A DNA stretch of 64,000 bases from Camelus dromedarius (taxonomy: Eukaryota): NCBI RefSeq assembly GCF_036321535.1, contig NC_087436.1, positions 101,434,001 through 101,498,000 of the forward strand, in the 5' to 3' direction. The position numbers and the translations under genes are program-made. The notes beneath the pieces were generated by a model. That model worked only from the letters and a program-made list of their open reading frames with translations, did not search any database and was not told the DNA's origin. Positions 11,499-25,309 of this stretch are shown here, piece after piece (position 1 is the stretch's first letter; each line of letters opens with the position of its first letter).

Positions 11499-11964
11499 TG
11501 TGAAATAAAAGTCATATTTTACAGCAAACCAAGAAAAATATAAACATAAAAAAATTCTTCTCTGCCCTTTGGCCTCCTCTCCCCTTACTGCGCATTGTGT
11601 ATCTGTGTTATTCATCCACCAAACCTCCTCATTGGCAGGAATACCTGCCCAGCCATAAAGAGCAACATTCTCCTGGCATCAACACAACTCCTTCAAAGAT
11701 AACCTTCCTTCTTGATCTTGTAAGGGATCACATGACCTACCAGGATGATGCTTAGACCTGAATTATGTAAACTGTCAATAATACGTCATTTGATGTAGGA
11801 CCCTCTTGTCTCAAATAACTTTTAAAACTGTGCCTTGATTTCTGACTGGTGGGATAGTTCTCAGAGCTTTCTGAGATGCTTTTCCCGGGTTATAAACCTC
11901 AAATTTGGCTTGAATAAAATTTTGCATTTCTTTCTTAGATCAATTGATTAATTTTTCATTGACC
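11499..11964 (+). mobile_element. ERV1-class solo LTR
   Basis: Begins TGTGAAAT; AATAAA at about 11913; ends TTGAC(C); near-identical 4-bp flanks ATCT/GTCT. Confidence 0.75.
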
Positions 11965-12042
11965 GTCTTTAGAGTGGTGTGGGTTAGCTTCAACTTTAGT
12001 CTCTGTCTCTTCTCTAACTACCTATCTGCCTACCTATCTATC

Positions 12043-12110
12043 TGTTGTGAGCACAGAAGTGGGATGAAGCCCCACCCAAAATTTGGTTCCGATTTTGAGA
12101 TTCTTGATAT

Positions 12111-12154
<44 letters not shown>

Positions 12155-12520
12155 AAGAGGTGATGAAAAGATTATTAGTCACATGATGAAATTTTCTTGG
12201 AACAGCAGGTCACCTCCAAACCTGGTTTAAACATAGCTTGAGATCTTAGGAAAAGAAGAATGGCTTGGGGTTTTTATCATGGTCAGAATGTAGGGTCAGG
12301 ATGAGGGTTCCCACGCAAAGAAGGACTGGTGTGGCTTGAATCTTACATAAGGTCCAAAGGTGGGAATATCAGCATTTTCTTACCAGCTTTCTTATCAGTT
12401 CCTTTCTTATCAGATGTGGAGTGGAGGGGAAAAGTTCAGGGTAAGGCTTAAAAGCTGTCAACAACAGCTTTTTTGATGGAGGCTTAAAAGCTCCAACAAA
12501 AAATGGAGTCAGGAGCACTT
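12043..12520 (-). mobile_element. ERVL-class LTR (MER54/MER74-like) containing an (AC)n expansion
   Basis: 'gaagccccacccaaaatttggtt' and 'ggcttaaaagctgtca...aaaaatggagtcag' motifs; family assigned from memory. Confidence 0.6.
12116..12150. repeat. (AC)n microsatellite
   Basis: Direct observation. Confidence 0.95.
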
Positions 12521-15179
12521 CTGATGTTTAGTGACTGAAATTGATCATTTTTCATTTAATTGAATTTGTAGCTGTTTAAGTAAATTATTATGGTGACTTA
12601 TGAGGGCAGCAGCTGAAGCTGGTGAGAGAGGCAAATGTTCCATCAAATACCTGGTGCACAAGCCCAGCACTGTGTATTCACATTCTGAGAAGAGAGATGG
12701 TTGCCTTGGTCACTGTCAGTGGTATCTCAGACTTGGAATGGATCAAGAGCGTCATGGCGAGGCCTTCCATTATGGCTTTTGTAGATACAGAGATGTGTAT
12801 AACCTTGATTTTATATTTTGGGTACTGGTGAGGTCAGAGATTCCTAGAGTTCCTTATCCCAAAGAGACAATCTTAGATAAGTAATGGCTGTTGCTGCTAT
12901 TGGCTGGCTAATTACACTGGCTCAAGGGTTTGTAAAAATGTGCAGGTGGGAAGATTGTGGACCAGGGCTGCCAGTACTAAGATAGCTGCCTGAAGTGCAG
13001 TCAGTTGTGCTGAGTCTTGATTCCTGTCCTTCATCGGGGATCTTAGATAAGGGACAGAAGGAAGCCACATTCCACTGAGCTCCAACCCAGGTGATTGTGA
13101 CAATTATGTAAAATAAGAATTTTCATTGTTATTTACTCTGTTAATCCCAGAAGGCTCTCAGAAGCCAAGCGGTCTGGGAGAGGAATGATCTCCTTCAGTA
13201 CTGTGACATCTAACTAGTGACTGAGGCAAGACTTCCTGCAGATGGGATGCATTAGAAGGTCTAGGTGTGACTATCCTGTAGACATCCTGGGGTGTCTGTG
13301 CCAAGGTGGTGCTTAGACGGTGCTGCTCCGATGACCCAGAGCATGATGAGCACCTGGGTTTGGAGGGTCACAGGCCTAGGACCTGTGAGAACCTCTATTT
13401 CTGAGAGAGCCCAGTATGCAACCAGCAGTTTTCACTCTAATGGAATGTGATGAGGGGCTGAGGATGCAGTTTCATGTGTCAGAAACTTAAGAACCACTTA
13501 TGGGCATCACAGATGGTCCAGAAGCTTCAGAAAATATGAAAGGACGTTGCTAAAACCTCTACAGGGAAGAAATCTCTGGGGAACACCAATGGGAATGCTT
13601 GTTGTATTATAATTTGGACAGACTCGAGAGTGTTTTATTAGAAAGGGTACCATTCAAAGTAAGCCAGTTTGCAAATACACCATGAATGGGCTCAAGTAAA
13701 ATATGTAAATGAGGAATATATTACATCTGAAACTTAAAAGAAGTTGTGGGAGCTGAGAGGATCAATTGCTGTTTCTACAGTGTCAGGGATGGAGTGGCCC
13801 TTAGTTTACCAAATAATTTTCAGAAAGTTAACTGAGGTGGCACAGCCTTGCACACTATGGGTGGGCAACTCCCCTTTTGTGATTCCTTTGTGAATATTTG
13901 TATGTCCTGGATGAATGTGTCAAGTGAATCTCATTGAAGGAGGATATTATTAAGTTGATGTCATACCTGTTCTCCTGGAGAATGTCAGACATGGTTGAGG
14001 TTTTGCCTGCGAAGATTGTGTGTGATGCCCAGCTGTTATTTTGTGGGCAGCTTGGTAAAAGTGTACTATGTTCCTTCAGAGGTGAAAGCAAACTGCAATT
14101 GAGAGGCTGTTGAAAAAGACATTGAACAAAATATATTAGCCAAGTCTATAGTAGTAAAATATTTATCAGTTGCTGATTGGATGGAGTCAGTGATTTCCAT
14201 AATATTGGGGTATGAGGTCTTAATGGTTGGGGCATAGCACTAAGGTAGCAGTAATTCAGCATGGCTCATGCTTTCCAAGTTTAAGAACAACTTAAATTGG
14301 GCTGTTAAATGTAGAAGCAGCGGGCGTAATAGTCCATTCTCTAAACAGGTCTTGTATAATGTGTTTCGATTCTTAAAGCCTCTGTTTTAATTTACATTGG
14401 GCTATATTAACTATTTTAAATTGTCAGTGTTGGGGAGCGGGTGAGTCCATAGGGTTCCATTTGGTCAAGTAAATTGTTCTCTCTTTTATTTGCCATCTTC
14501 TTCTCTTTTCCTCACTCTTTAATATATGAAAGAGAATTATTGTAGGCGTATCTCTCCTGGGGAGCCTAGAAGGGAAGTGAGAAGCTCTTTGTAAACAGGT
14601 CCTCTGCTGGTTATGTGTCTGCTTAGGCCAAGAAGTCCAATACTGTGTGTATTTTCATCTTCTGAGTTTTAGCTCTGAGAAAAAATACCTGCTTATACTA
14701 CAAAATAGAAACTACTTCAGGTAAAATGTTCTCCTATTGTGTATCTTTAGATCACCCTAGACTGCAGAAGGCGTTTGGGATAGACTCTACACACTTTGGT
14801 TTCTTTGCATTGACTTTTATCTTCCTTGAGGTTCTCAGGTATGATTTTTCCTCACCTTCAAATTTACCTTTGTCTGCATTCATGTGATTTTCTTTCTCTG
14901 ATTTTCAAAGGGCAGAAAAATGGTCATTTCCTTTTTAAGGATAATGACTTCACCTCTACACAGACCCTGTCTTCTTAACATCTGCAGCAACAGTGCTCCA
15001 ACAATAATCACTGTTCTTTCCAGTGTTCATAATTTCTTCCTCAGCAAATAAACATGTTTAATCAGTTATCCTTTAAAAATAAAAGTAAAAGTTTGTATTT
15101 TAATTCCACTTAACCTCCCTAGGTATTGCCTATGCTAGGCAATAGGGCAGTTCACCTACATTAAGAATCTTCTCTGACC

Positions 15180-17825
15180 AGGCAAGTGATAAGATTGCCA
15201 GTGAAATTTGATGTCCCTTACTTTTGAGTAAGCCTTATGAGCCAGCTCAAGATTCTCCGTGTTTCCATACCTCTTCCATGCAACAGGGGACAGTCCAGGA
15301 GCCAGCTGGTTATCAGCTAGGTCTCCCAGTGATCATAATGTTGAGTACATACCCTTGCTGACTTGAGATAAAAATAATGTAGGAAATAAGTCTTTATTTT
15401 TAAGCCCTGAGATTTGGGGTTTGCTCTTTCCAAAGCATAATCTCTCTTATCCTGCTTAATATAGAAAGTGATTCCTAGAATTTGGGTGATAACATAACAA
15501 AAACCTAAAATATAAGATAATGTCTCACTACCCATGTGGTCAGCAAAGAGAAAACTGTTATTTAAAGCTAAAAAAAAAAAAAAGTAGTACTATGTTATAC
15601 AATCACAAAGCTTTTGATAAAAATATTGTTGATGATAATTTAGAAAGTAGACCATGCAAGTAGTGGATGTGAAGTGTTAATGGAAAAGGTTGAAAAACAG
15701 GAGGAAGTGGCGTGTATTCAGTGTATTCAGCAAGGCATTACAGGAAAAGTAGGATCTGGAAATAAATCGGCCAGTTTTCAAGAACAAATAAAAGGGAAAA
15801 AACCATTTCCAGAAATTTGAAGCTTTGTATTATTAAAAAGACAACTATTTTTAGACCCAAACAGTAGAGGAGAAAACGGAGGAAACTTCAGAAGAATAAA
15901 TGAAATGTGGATTGAAACTGAGTTTGGCAAATAAAAAATATATATATATATATGGACAATTTTCAACCAATTAATTTGCCTCTGAGCAAAAATCAAATTA
16001 AGGAAATGTCTGTGACAGTCATACTTAAAACCACCTGGCTTAAGGTCCACCAGCAAGAAAATCCAAATTAAGGTGATGACATTCAATAAATATCTTCAAA
16101 TGGGCAAAACGGCTCAGGAAACAGAGACTAAGAAAAAGAGTGTGCACTTGCCAACCTCGCTGTCACTGTGGACACAGCAGAGGCAGGCCCGCCCCGACCT
16201 CGGTTCTTGTTGGCACAGCAGGGAATTGAGGAGCCGCAACAGTAGCAGAGTACAGGCTGGGTTCATTTCAGAAAGAAATACACTTCAAGAGAGACGCGGG
16301 CCAAGTCAAAGGAAGCAATGGCCCCGGAAGCAGAGGAGTTCAGTTTTTTAAGGTTTGGTTTTGCTTGGGGAACCACATCCCTTTTGATTGACAGTTGAGA
16401 GTTATGTAACAGATACCTGAACTGCACATGTTTTTCCCAGAATTCACTTTATAATGAGATTAATGTAAGGGTAGAAAATGTAACAGGAGATAAATGAATG
16501 TTTCAGGATGGTAGGGTCGCCTGGACAAAGGGTCGCAGGCTTTGTGCGTGCTCGGCCAGGGGAATTTCCTCCCGTGGTTTTTAGCCCCTTCTCTGCGGTG
16601 GGTTATTCCTTAGATGTTACCCACAAGGGGTGGGGCTGGGTCTCTTTTGGGTCCTCCCCTGATACTGTCCTCCTGGGCCTCACCGCTCATGTCTGACTGA
16701 CTGCCTAACATTGCCAGCTTGGTAACCTCCAGGTATTTGATAAATCAAGATATTGAGAGAAAGCAAGAGAGGGAGAGGAACAGAGAGAAAGAAATACAGT
16801 ATGTATGGATGTAAGTGTAGAAAGGAAATCCACTTGTGAACACTGATATATAAAGATAAAGCTGACTGGAATCAAACTGATAAGAACTAATTAGGTTTTC
16901 AAAAAGAATGTACTGTCAAACAACAACAACAACAACAACAGCAAAAAACCCAGCTCGGACCACAGGAGTTTGTTGCTGTTTTGAGACTTGAAATGACTCT
17001 TCGCCCCTGCCGTCTATGGACAGGCAGTAATCTGAGAACTATTTGCTGCCTCCAAGGAAAGTATATTCCCTGATGTCCATTTCAGTCGTGGCCAAGGAAG
17101 ATAGTGGAAAAGAATAATAGGTTTCTGATTTGGCTTGCGTCCTTCTGTTTTCCAAAAAGGAGCCTTTACTCTGACTCTCCAGACCCTGTTCTTCCAATAT
17201 TTATGGAGGTGTCTTTGTGGGAGGAAATAACATGTCTTTCTGAATTCAGAGATCTCCAAAACAAGAATAGCCACAGCCATGGTTTATCTAAAATCTCTCA
17301 TCCATCATTCTAAGAAAAAAATCTTTTCACTGAGAAGACTGGCACTTTTAGTTTGATGCCTTGATTGAATGGGATTTATGGCTGAGGTGAGTAAACACTG
17401 GATTCAGGAAGGAGAGTGAACAGAATATTGGGTGACCAGAATAGATTGCAGTCGTATTTACAGTTTTCATAAATATTTCTGTCTTTGTCAGTCTGGGAAG
17501 AGAGTATATTGTACTTCCACCTCCTTGAATGCAGACGTGAACACGTGACTTGCTTTGGTTCTGATATGTGAGCAGAAGTCTTCAAGATTGAGTGCACAGT
17601 TTTCTGTTGTTTCTTTCTTTCTTTCTTTTTTTCTTTCCCTGCCACAATAACTCCAAATTTCAGAGGTTCCATTAGCTTGGATTCTGAGTCAGGACAATCT
17701 GGGTCAGAATCCACTGCTGCCCAGAGATGGGCATGAAGCCTAAGAAAGAAAGAAATTTTTGGCGTTTTAAGCAATGAGATATTAGGGTTGTTTACTGCAG
17801 CACAATTAAGTATCTTCTGACCATT
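15180..17825 (+). mobile_element. MaLR (MLT1-type) relic with LTR-internal-LTR organisation
   Basis: First LTR ends 'tttaagccctgagatttggggtt...aagcataa...ctgcttaatata' (about 15462); internal start 'gaaagtgattcctagaatttgggtgataacataacaaaaacctaaaatat'; second LTR at about 17490-17825 with 'gtgacttgctttgg' and 'ttttaagcaatgagatattagggttgtttactgcagcac'. Confidence 0.65.
16161..16710 (-). mobile_element. Relatively young ERV1-class solo LTR (550 bp) nested in the MaLR internal region
   Basis: TGT...ACA termini; 4-bp flanks TCGC (16157-16160) and TTGC (16711-16714); markedly more CpG than its surroundings. Confidence 0.8.
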
Positions 17826-17979
17826 GCATTATTTATCTTGTGTCTTTTCATCCCTGTCAGGTTTTGAAAAATGTGATTTATATGTGTTACTTCCAAATTT
17901 TCACTATTTTGGTTTTTTTGTCCCACAGGAATCTGGCTTCCATTATTCTATAACAGTAAAAATTTGTCCATTAAGTTCA

Positions 17980-19235
17980 CAAGAAAACTGATTATGGCTA
18001 AATTCATTGAAGGCATTTTGTCCATATCTTATTAACATAGCTGCTACATGATTTTTATTGGATTTTTTTTATCAGAAACTCCCTCCTTCACTGGATTCTG
18101 TGACAGGATTATGTTTTCCTGTTGTGCTTTCTCTTGGACCCTTCATCATTTTCTCTTCCATTTCACATTCCTAAAGCTTTAGTATTCATGAAGTTTCTAA
18201 AATCTTTCATGTCTGCTTCCTCTGGGAATAGCACCTAACTTCAATGATGCCAAAATGGGAAACGTTGGGGGCACTCCTTAATTAACATGTCTAGTCCAGA
18301 TCATTTTGTCGAGTTCCCGAAACTAAGTCCACTGTGACCTGAGCATCATCGCCACCTATATCTGAGTCTCAGCAGGTCCAAAGTAAACTTGTACTTTCTG
18401 TTAAACATGTTTCTCACTGTAATTTTTTTTTTCTTGATGAATATTACCAGTATTACCCACTTAGCTGGCAACCCTTTCAACTTGTAGATTACCATGACTT
18501 TCATCTCTCTCCACCACGCACATCCAGATGATTACTAAGTGGTGCTGATTCTAAGTCTTTAGTGTGAACCGTCATCCTATTTCTATTTCCATTGCCACTA
18601 TTGTGGTCCAGGATCTAATGATTTCTCAGATCACTGGATTTTCCCAAACAGCTGCCCTGCCCTTTTATTTCTCTTGTCATCCAATTCATGTCCTGCGTTG
18701 TGGCCCAGCTGATCTTTCTAATGTAAAAGTTGGCACAAATCACTCTTCTTGAATTTCTTCAAAGGCTCTCTCTTTTGCAAATGGGATTAAATCTATGCTC
18801 CTTACTGTACTTACAAAGATATCTTATGTCTTCTTTAATTCCTTCTCAAAATTCATCTCTTCACATTTTCCCCTCGTAACATGTGCTCAATCCAGACTGA
18901 ACTGTTTGTAATTCCCTAAAACCATGCCTTCTCATCTCACCACTCTTCTATGTTCTTTTTCTGCTAGTTGGCATTAATTTTTTCTACACGTGAAAATAAA
19001 CTCTTTATGATTCAAATAAAACAGCTTTTCCCCCCTGTTATTCCCCATTATACTCTTTCCACATCCTTATTATTTCACTTATCCTGTGTTGTCATCCACA
19101 TTTTTTGCCCCTGTCTGCCAATCTTGTAAAGTCTCTGACTGCAGACACCACTGTTTATGTTTCTTTGTATCCCAAGTGCTAGGATATGCAGTGACAATGT
19201 AGATACTCAACATTCAATTATTAATAAATAAATAG
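17980..19235 (+). mobile_element. L2 LINE 3' portion
   Basis: CT-rich L2 motifs ending 'ttctttgtatcccaagtgctagg...gtagatactcaacatt...taataaataaat'. Confidence 0.7.
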
Positions 19236-21129
19236 AGTAGGATGCCTTGATGTGGAAGCTTTCACCGTATTCAAATCCTCTCTGAACTAAAACTATATAT
19301 TCCTTGAACTGGTTTTAACAAAATCACAGTTATTTATTTATTGATGAAATTCTTTTTATCAGAAAGACCTGAAATACTCAATTTTGAAATAATTTGGCTG
19401 GTAGAAGTCTGTTCAAAAAATAAAAATATTTCTTTATATAGAATTTATTTCTAGTTTTCTTTCTTTAATGGATGTGCCATAGAAATTAGCCTTGGGAGCA
19501 CATCCTCTGACAAGTCATTTCTTCTCAGCTTTTTCCAGCACAATCCCAAGGAAAGATTTCTCATCACTCTCTCTAATCCTATTCTAGCTTGTTAAAATTA
19601 TCTCTATTCAGTCAGAAGACATGACATTCTAGGCCCATAAATGTGATGAAGCGTTTCTATTTAACAGACCAGAAAAAGCTTCTTAATAATTTTCTCTTCA
19701 TGCTTTTGAAAAGCTTTTGGAGGAGAAATGATGTTGATCTGACTTAATTCTGCTTCCTTCTTACTTAACTCCCAGACAGCAAAACGTGGTTTACCTGATA
19801 ATGTTTAAGATAACGAATACATTTCTTTTAGTGTATTTGATAGATGGATTATTAACAGCTGTAAATAACTTGGGTAAACTTTAAGTTATTGTCTTGCCCC
19901 CATAGCAAATACAGTTCTGGGTAAACAAAAATGGTCATTTGAATTTCAGATGTGTCTTTGCTGTAGTATTCATGAAAAATGCTTATATAACGTATCCTAT
20001 GATGGATTGATTAATTAAACTAACGTATAAGGCTTACACTTTCTATTGACTACAATGAAATGAAAGTAATTCATTCATAAGATTCTATGATATAAAGTAC
20101 CTCTAATTGTAAAGTACTATCCTCAAATCCCAGCACATAATTAAAATATGCATGGCATCCAATGGACTTTGGAAGAGAGAATTATTTCTTAAAAATGCTT
20201 TAAATTAAAAAAATTTAAAACATTTATGTATTAAAATTCCCATAAAATGCCATAGATTAAACACATAAAACACTAAAATAAAATTTATTAAGGATACAGA
20301 CACGTGGATCCTACCTAACGCTTCACTTGATCTAAGACTACACAGCTTCCTGACTGACAGGAGGCTGACTTTAGTAAAAAAAACAAAAAACAAACAAACA
20401 AAAAAAAACTAAATGATAAGTAATTCCAAATAAACCAATATCAATTTTTGAAGGTCAGTTGTCATCAGTGACAAAAACGAACTACGAATAAGCAGAGTTA
20501 ATACTTTCTTTTTTCACTTCTTTTTGGCCCAAGCTGGAAAAAATAAGTAGAACAGACTCTAAGTACAAGCACTGATAATACAGAACTTGTATAGTACACA
20601 GAACAAGTTCTTTCAGAAGCATGTTTTATTATTTTTTCTCAGCCACAGATGTTAGCTGTTTTCACATCAAAATAATGATGTTAGTCATGAGTTTCTTGGA
20701 AAAGCATTTTTAAAAAGCTTTGAACAGATGAGATGGGAGATGTATTCTTTAGAGCAAATGAAAAGAATCATGTTCTCAGTAGAATATCATGAGCAGAAAT
20801 TCTTTGGCAGTAGCCTTTGAATAGATATTTTAAATGTCTGCTGAAAAGTTGGCAGAGAGAGGCTCAAAACTATAAACTAACCTATGAGAAGTGGGATATC
20901 AAAAGGCCAGAAAAAAAAAAAACCAGAAAATACAAACTTTTTAGGAAGGAAGAATCCAAAGGACATTCAAGAGAATAACACAAGCTTGTATTCACATAAT
21001 TTACACCTTTCTCTGAAAATGTACCCACATATACATATAAAAGAATACACTATAAAATGTAAAGCTCAATAATTTCATTCAGTGCACACACACACACACA
21101 CACCCCCAAGGAGACTATACAGTTTGCAT

Positions 21130-24100
21130 CTGAGTGTGTGTGCTGGTGTTTTTCTTTGAATATGAAGTCTAATTCAACATGTTTTTGTGGTTGCAGTAGA
21201 ATCTTTTCTTTGCTGTATTGCATACTATTTCATGACTTTATTAAGATCAAACCATAATGCTGGGTGTTTGGGGTGTTTTTAATTTGTAGCTAATGTCAAT
21301 CTTTAAAATAAAACAGCCAGTTATTTTATTGGCAAATGGGTTTATTCAGGAATAACAGGAATTGCAATTCAGGACATGGAAACTGTGGCAAAACCATAGG
21401 CAATTCCAGCAAACATAGGAGAAAACTGTTACTCTCTGGAGAAGAGATAAAAAGTTGAGAGGGGCTGCTTTGATCGAAAGTCCACTGAGCATGATAGCAA
21501 GAATGGTGGGTGGTGATGGTTTCTCATTGGCTAAGAGGTGGTGGTAAGTCAGTAGCTGGGGCTGTTGCTGGGCTCCTTCTGAGGTAGTAAAGTAGAAATC
21601 TTCTTCTTGTTGGAGATGCAGGGTGCACCTGGTCCTATTGGGGGTCAGCAGACAGCAAAGAGTGGTAGTGTGAGATCCCCCTTCAGGGCTTCCTGACTCC
21701 ACTCTAAGCGAGGTTTCCCTTTATTAATTTTCACACTGATAGGAATGGTAGTGCTATAAACATTGTATGTATCCTATGATGCAAATATGAGAATTACTGA
21801 TTAATAGAGAATGCTAGAATGCTTACATTCAGTTTTAGTAAACGCTGCCAAATATTTTTCCAAAATGGTTAAAACAATTAACACTCCCACAGGCGCATAT
21901 AAGCATTCTAGTTCCTTGCATCCATACCATTTGTGGGTGATGCCAGTCTTTTTAATTTTAGCCATTTTGGTGACTGTGTATTAGTATCACTTTGGTTTTT
22001 ATTTGTGTTTCTCTTACCACTAATAAGGTTGTATAGCATTTCACCTGCTCATTGACTGTTTGAACATTCTCTTTTACCTGTTGCAAGAGGCTTCTTCACT
22101 TTTTTCCTGAGTTGTCTGTCTTTTCCTATTGTGGAATACTTTTTTATGCTCTGGCTTCAAGTCTGTTATTGGTAATTGGTATTAAATACGGGCTTCCTTT
22201 TCACTTTTTTAATGGTGTCTCTTAACATAACAGAAGTCTTGCTTAAGACTTTTACTTATACCAAAGTCAGGAAGATACTCTTCTGTTCCATTGATTTATC
22301 TTTTAAATAGTGCCAACAAGTATTTTATATAGTTTCTACAAGGAATTCATTTTTTGTGTATTATGGGGATGGTTCAAGTATTATTTTTTTCATTTATATA
22401 TCTCTCAGTTTCCTTGTATTTTTCATAGATTTTTAAATTAAATTTATGCTCATCTCATAAAATGAATTGTGGACTTCTCAGGTTGTTTATAATATCTGGA
22501 AATATTTAAAATTGCTGCAGATTATTCCATAGAGTTTAAAGTAATTCACAGGAAAATTTGTTTGGCTCAGGGAATTTCTTCCTGATTGGGTTTTTAGTTA
22601 CAGATTTAATTTATATATAGATATAGAAGAATTCAGATTTTCTGTTTATTCTTGTGTAAGTTTTATGAGTTGTGCCTTTCAAAATTTTTATCTATGTCAT
22701 CTAAAATTTCAAATTAATGTTTAAATGTTGCTGGTATTACTTACAATATCTATAGGATCTAGAGTTATGTTTTTCATTCATATTAATAATTTATAATTTT
22801 TTCATAATCAGTCATGTTGTTTTTTCCTAATTCAACTTTTTATACACCAACTTTTGGTTTTATTGATTTTTCTATTATTTTCTATTATTTTCTGTTTCCT
22901 GTGTCAGTGATTTCTGTTTTTACCTTATCAATCCCTTCTTTATTTTTCTAGTTTATTGAGATGGATACTTGAATCCTTGGTTTTCAGTCTTCCAATGTGT
23001 TTAGCTTCATCACACATTTTGATGTAATATTATTATCATTTAGTATAGAAAATTTCCTCTTTGCTATATTGCCTATGACTTATGGACTATTTAGATGTGC
23101 ACTGCTTTCTTTTCTAGTATTCCAGGATTTTCTAGCATTCTTCTTTTATTGTTTTTCTAGCTTAGTTCTTCCGTAGGCAGAAAACAAACTAAATAATCTC
23201 TATCATTTGAAATTTGTTGGTATTTGTTTTATGGCAGTTTGGAAAATGATCCATATATACCTATAAAGAATGTGGAGGAAGTATTCTATGAATCTCAATT
23301 TGACACATTTGTTAATCATGCTGTTTGAAGTTTATAGTTCTTGATGGTTTTGTCTGCTTGCTCCATCATTTACTGAGGAAATTTTGCTAAAATGTTTCTT
23401 TTGACTATAGTTGTAACTACTTATCATTTATGCTATGTCAGTGTTTAAATATTTTGAAGCTGTGTTCTTATGTGTATACAAATTAAGAATACATGTAGTT
23501 CCTATTGAATGAATTCTTGTATCATTATGCAATATTCATTTACATTGATAGAAATAATCTTTCCTTTAACTCTGGTTCTCTGATTCAAATATAACTATGC
23601 CAACTTTCTTTGATTGCTATTTGCATGTTATGTATATTTGCATACCTTTATTTTCAAATTTTCTATGTCTCATATTTCAGATGTGTCTATTGCAAGGAGC
23701 ATATGCTTGACTTTCACTTCTATATACAAATTTTGCTTTTTACTCGATCTTTTGTGTTTATGTATATTTAATATTTAATTATTGCTCTAGTTGACTGTAA
23801 ATCTATTATATAACTTGTACAGCTTATGCTTTCTGTTTTTTCTGTTTTTTTAATTCCTTTTTAACTTTATCTGTGTATTTGTTTTCTAGTTATGCATTCT
23901 TTTATTATTCTTTTGTGATTACTATAAATGTTACAAAATGCTTTTTTGAATAATTACTTCTTTCCTGCCACACACAGTTCATACAAGATAAATAATCCCT
24001 ATTATTATTCTTTCACTGTTTATATTGTTATTGCAATACATCTAAATTTTAAATGTTTAAATCACACAAAACTTTGTTGTTGTTATAAACTTAAACGGTC

Positions 24101-24530
24101 ACTATTCATTTACATTTTCTCAAATAATCGAGTATTCCGTTACAACTCATTGCTTGGTTTATCACCTTCATCTTTTGGGGACCACTTTTTTCTATGTGAA
24201 GAATACCTCCATCTACTTTTGTGCAACAAGAGAAGCTGTTTTAGTTTTTGCTTGTCTGGAAATTTATTAATTTAATCTTATTTTTGAAGAGTATTTCTTT
24301 TGAATATAGAATTCTAGACTGGCATATATTTTTTCTTAAGCATTAAAAAATGTCACCTTAATGTCAACAGGCGTCCATGATTTCTATTGAGAAATCAGTT
24401 GCCAGTCTTCTTGTTACTCATGTGAAGGTAGTGTGTTTTTAGAAAGTTTATTTTGTGCATGGTTTTTAAAGACCTTGCTATGATATTCCCAGTTCTGGTT
24501 TTCTTTGTATTTATTTAGTTGAAAATTTCT
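21130..24530 (-). mobile_element. Old degenerate L1 (L1M-type), interrupted by an LTR
   Basis: Long T-rich tract with L1 motifs 'tgccaaatattttttccaaaatggtt', 'atatagaattctagactggca' and 'tttctattgagaaatcagttg'. Confidence 0.75.
21294..21735 (-). mobile_element. ERV1-class solo LTR (442 bp)
   Basis: TGT...ACA termini; flanks CTAA/CTGA; TTTATT (AATAAA on minus) near the left end; 'ctgactccac...gaggtttccctttattaattttcaca' terminus. Confidence 0.8.
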
Positions 24531-25309
24531 GTAAAGTGTAAAGAATACTTTTCACCTACCTACTTAAGCTTCTCTTCCACAGTTCATAAAAATAGTCAGC
24601 AATGATGAAAACTGTATCATGTGCCAGATTCTAGGTTAAGCATGTCACTTCAATTTTCTCATATGATACTCAAGAAAAACCTATGAAGTTATCACTATTA
24701 ATAATTTCATTTTATAGAAGAGAATAATGAAAATGTAAGTTATTAGGCCAAGGTCAAACATCTAGGTTATAGAACATGGACTGAAATTAGTTTGTCTTAC
24801 ATGAAAGCCCGTGTGCTCTAACAGAAAAGAAAGCCCAAAATGTGTTTGGAAATATCTAATAATGTGGTTCTTTTAATTCAGTAAAATGACGCTAACTAGA
24901 GCTTGTTAAAGTATGCAGCAAGTTAGGAAAAATTTTTTATGATCATAAATGTGGGTTTTGATGTTGGTTCTGACACTACCAGGCTCCAGGGACTCATTTA
25001 GGGTGACAATTTTGGGCCCCAATTCCTCATTTTTAAATAAGGGTGTTGGATAAGGTGATCTTATTGCTTCTTTCTGGTTAGAAGATTCTACAAAAATAAT
25101 CTTATTTTAAGCAAATTTCTTCTTTTCTTCTGTATCAAAAAACTGTGTGCTTACTCAGAATCCATGATGAGCATACATTAATCACGTTCTGGAGATGTGA
25201 GAAAAAGACCACTGTGAACATTATCATATTAAAAATACTCTCTCCAGATCTCTGAACATTATTGTTGTTTTTTTATTATTTCAGAAATCTGTCTGGCTTT
25301 TTATATTTT

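Noticed and set aside
15124..15144. Perfect 9-bp hairpin TATTGCCTA-TGC-TAGGCAATA
   Set aside because: Too short for a pre-miRNA and expected occasionally by chance in 64 kb
17376..17774. 132-aa ORF
   Set aside because: Lies within MaLR sequence, has a low-complexity K/E tract from a CT repeat, and shows no recognisable domain
21346..21702. 118-aa ORF
   Set aside because: Entirely inside a solo LTR
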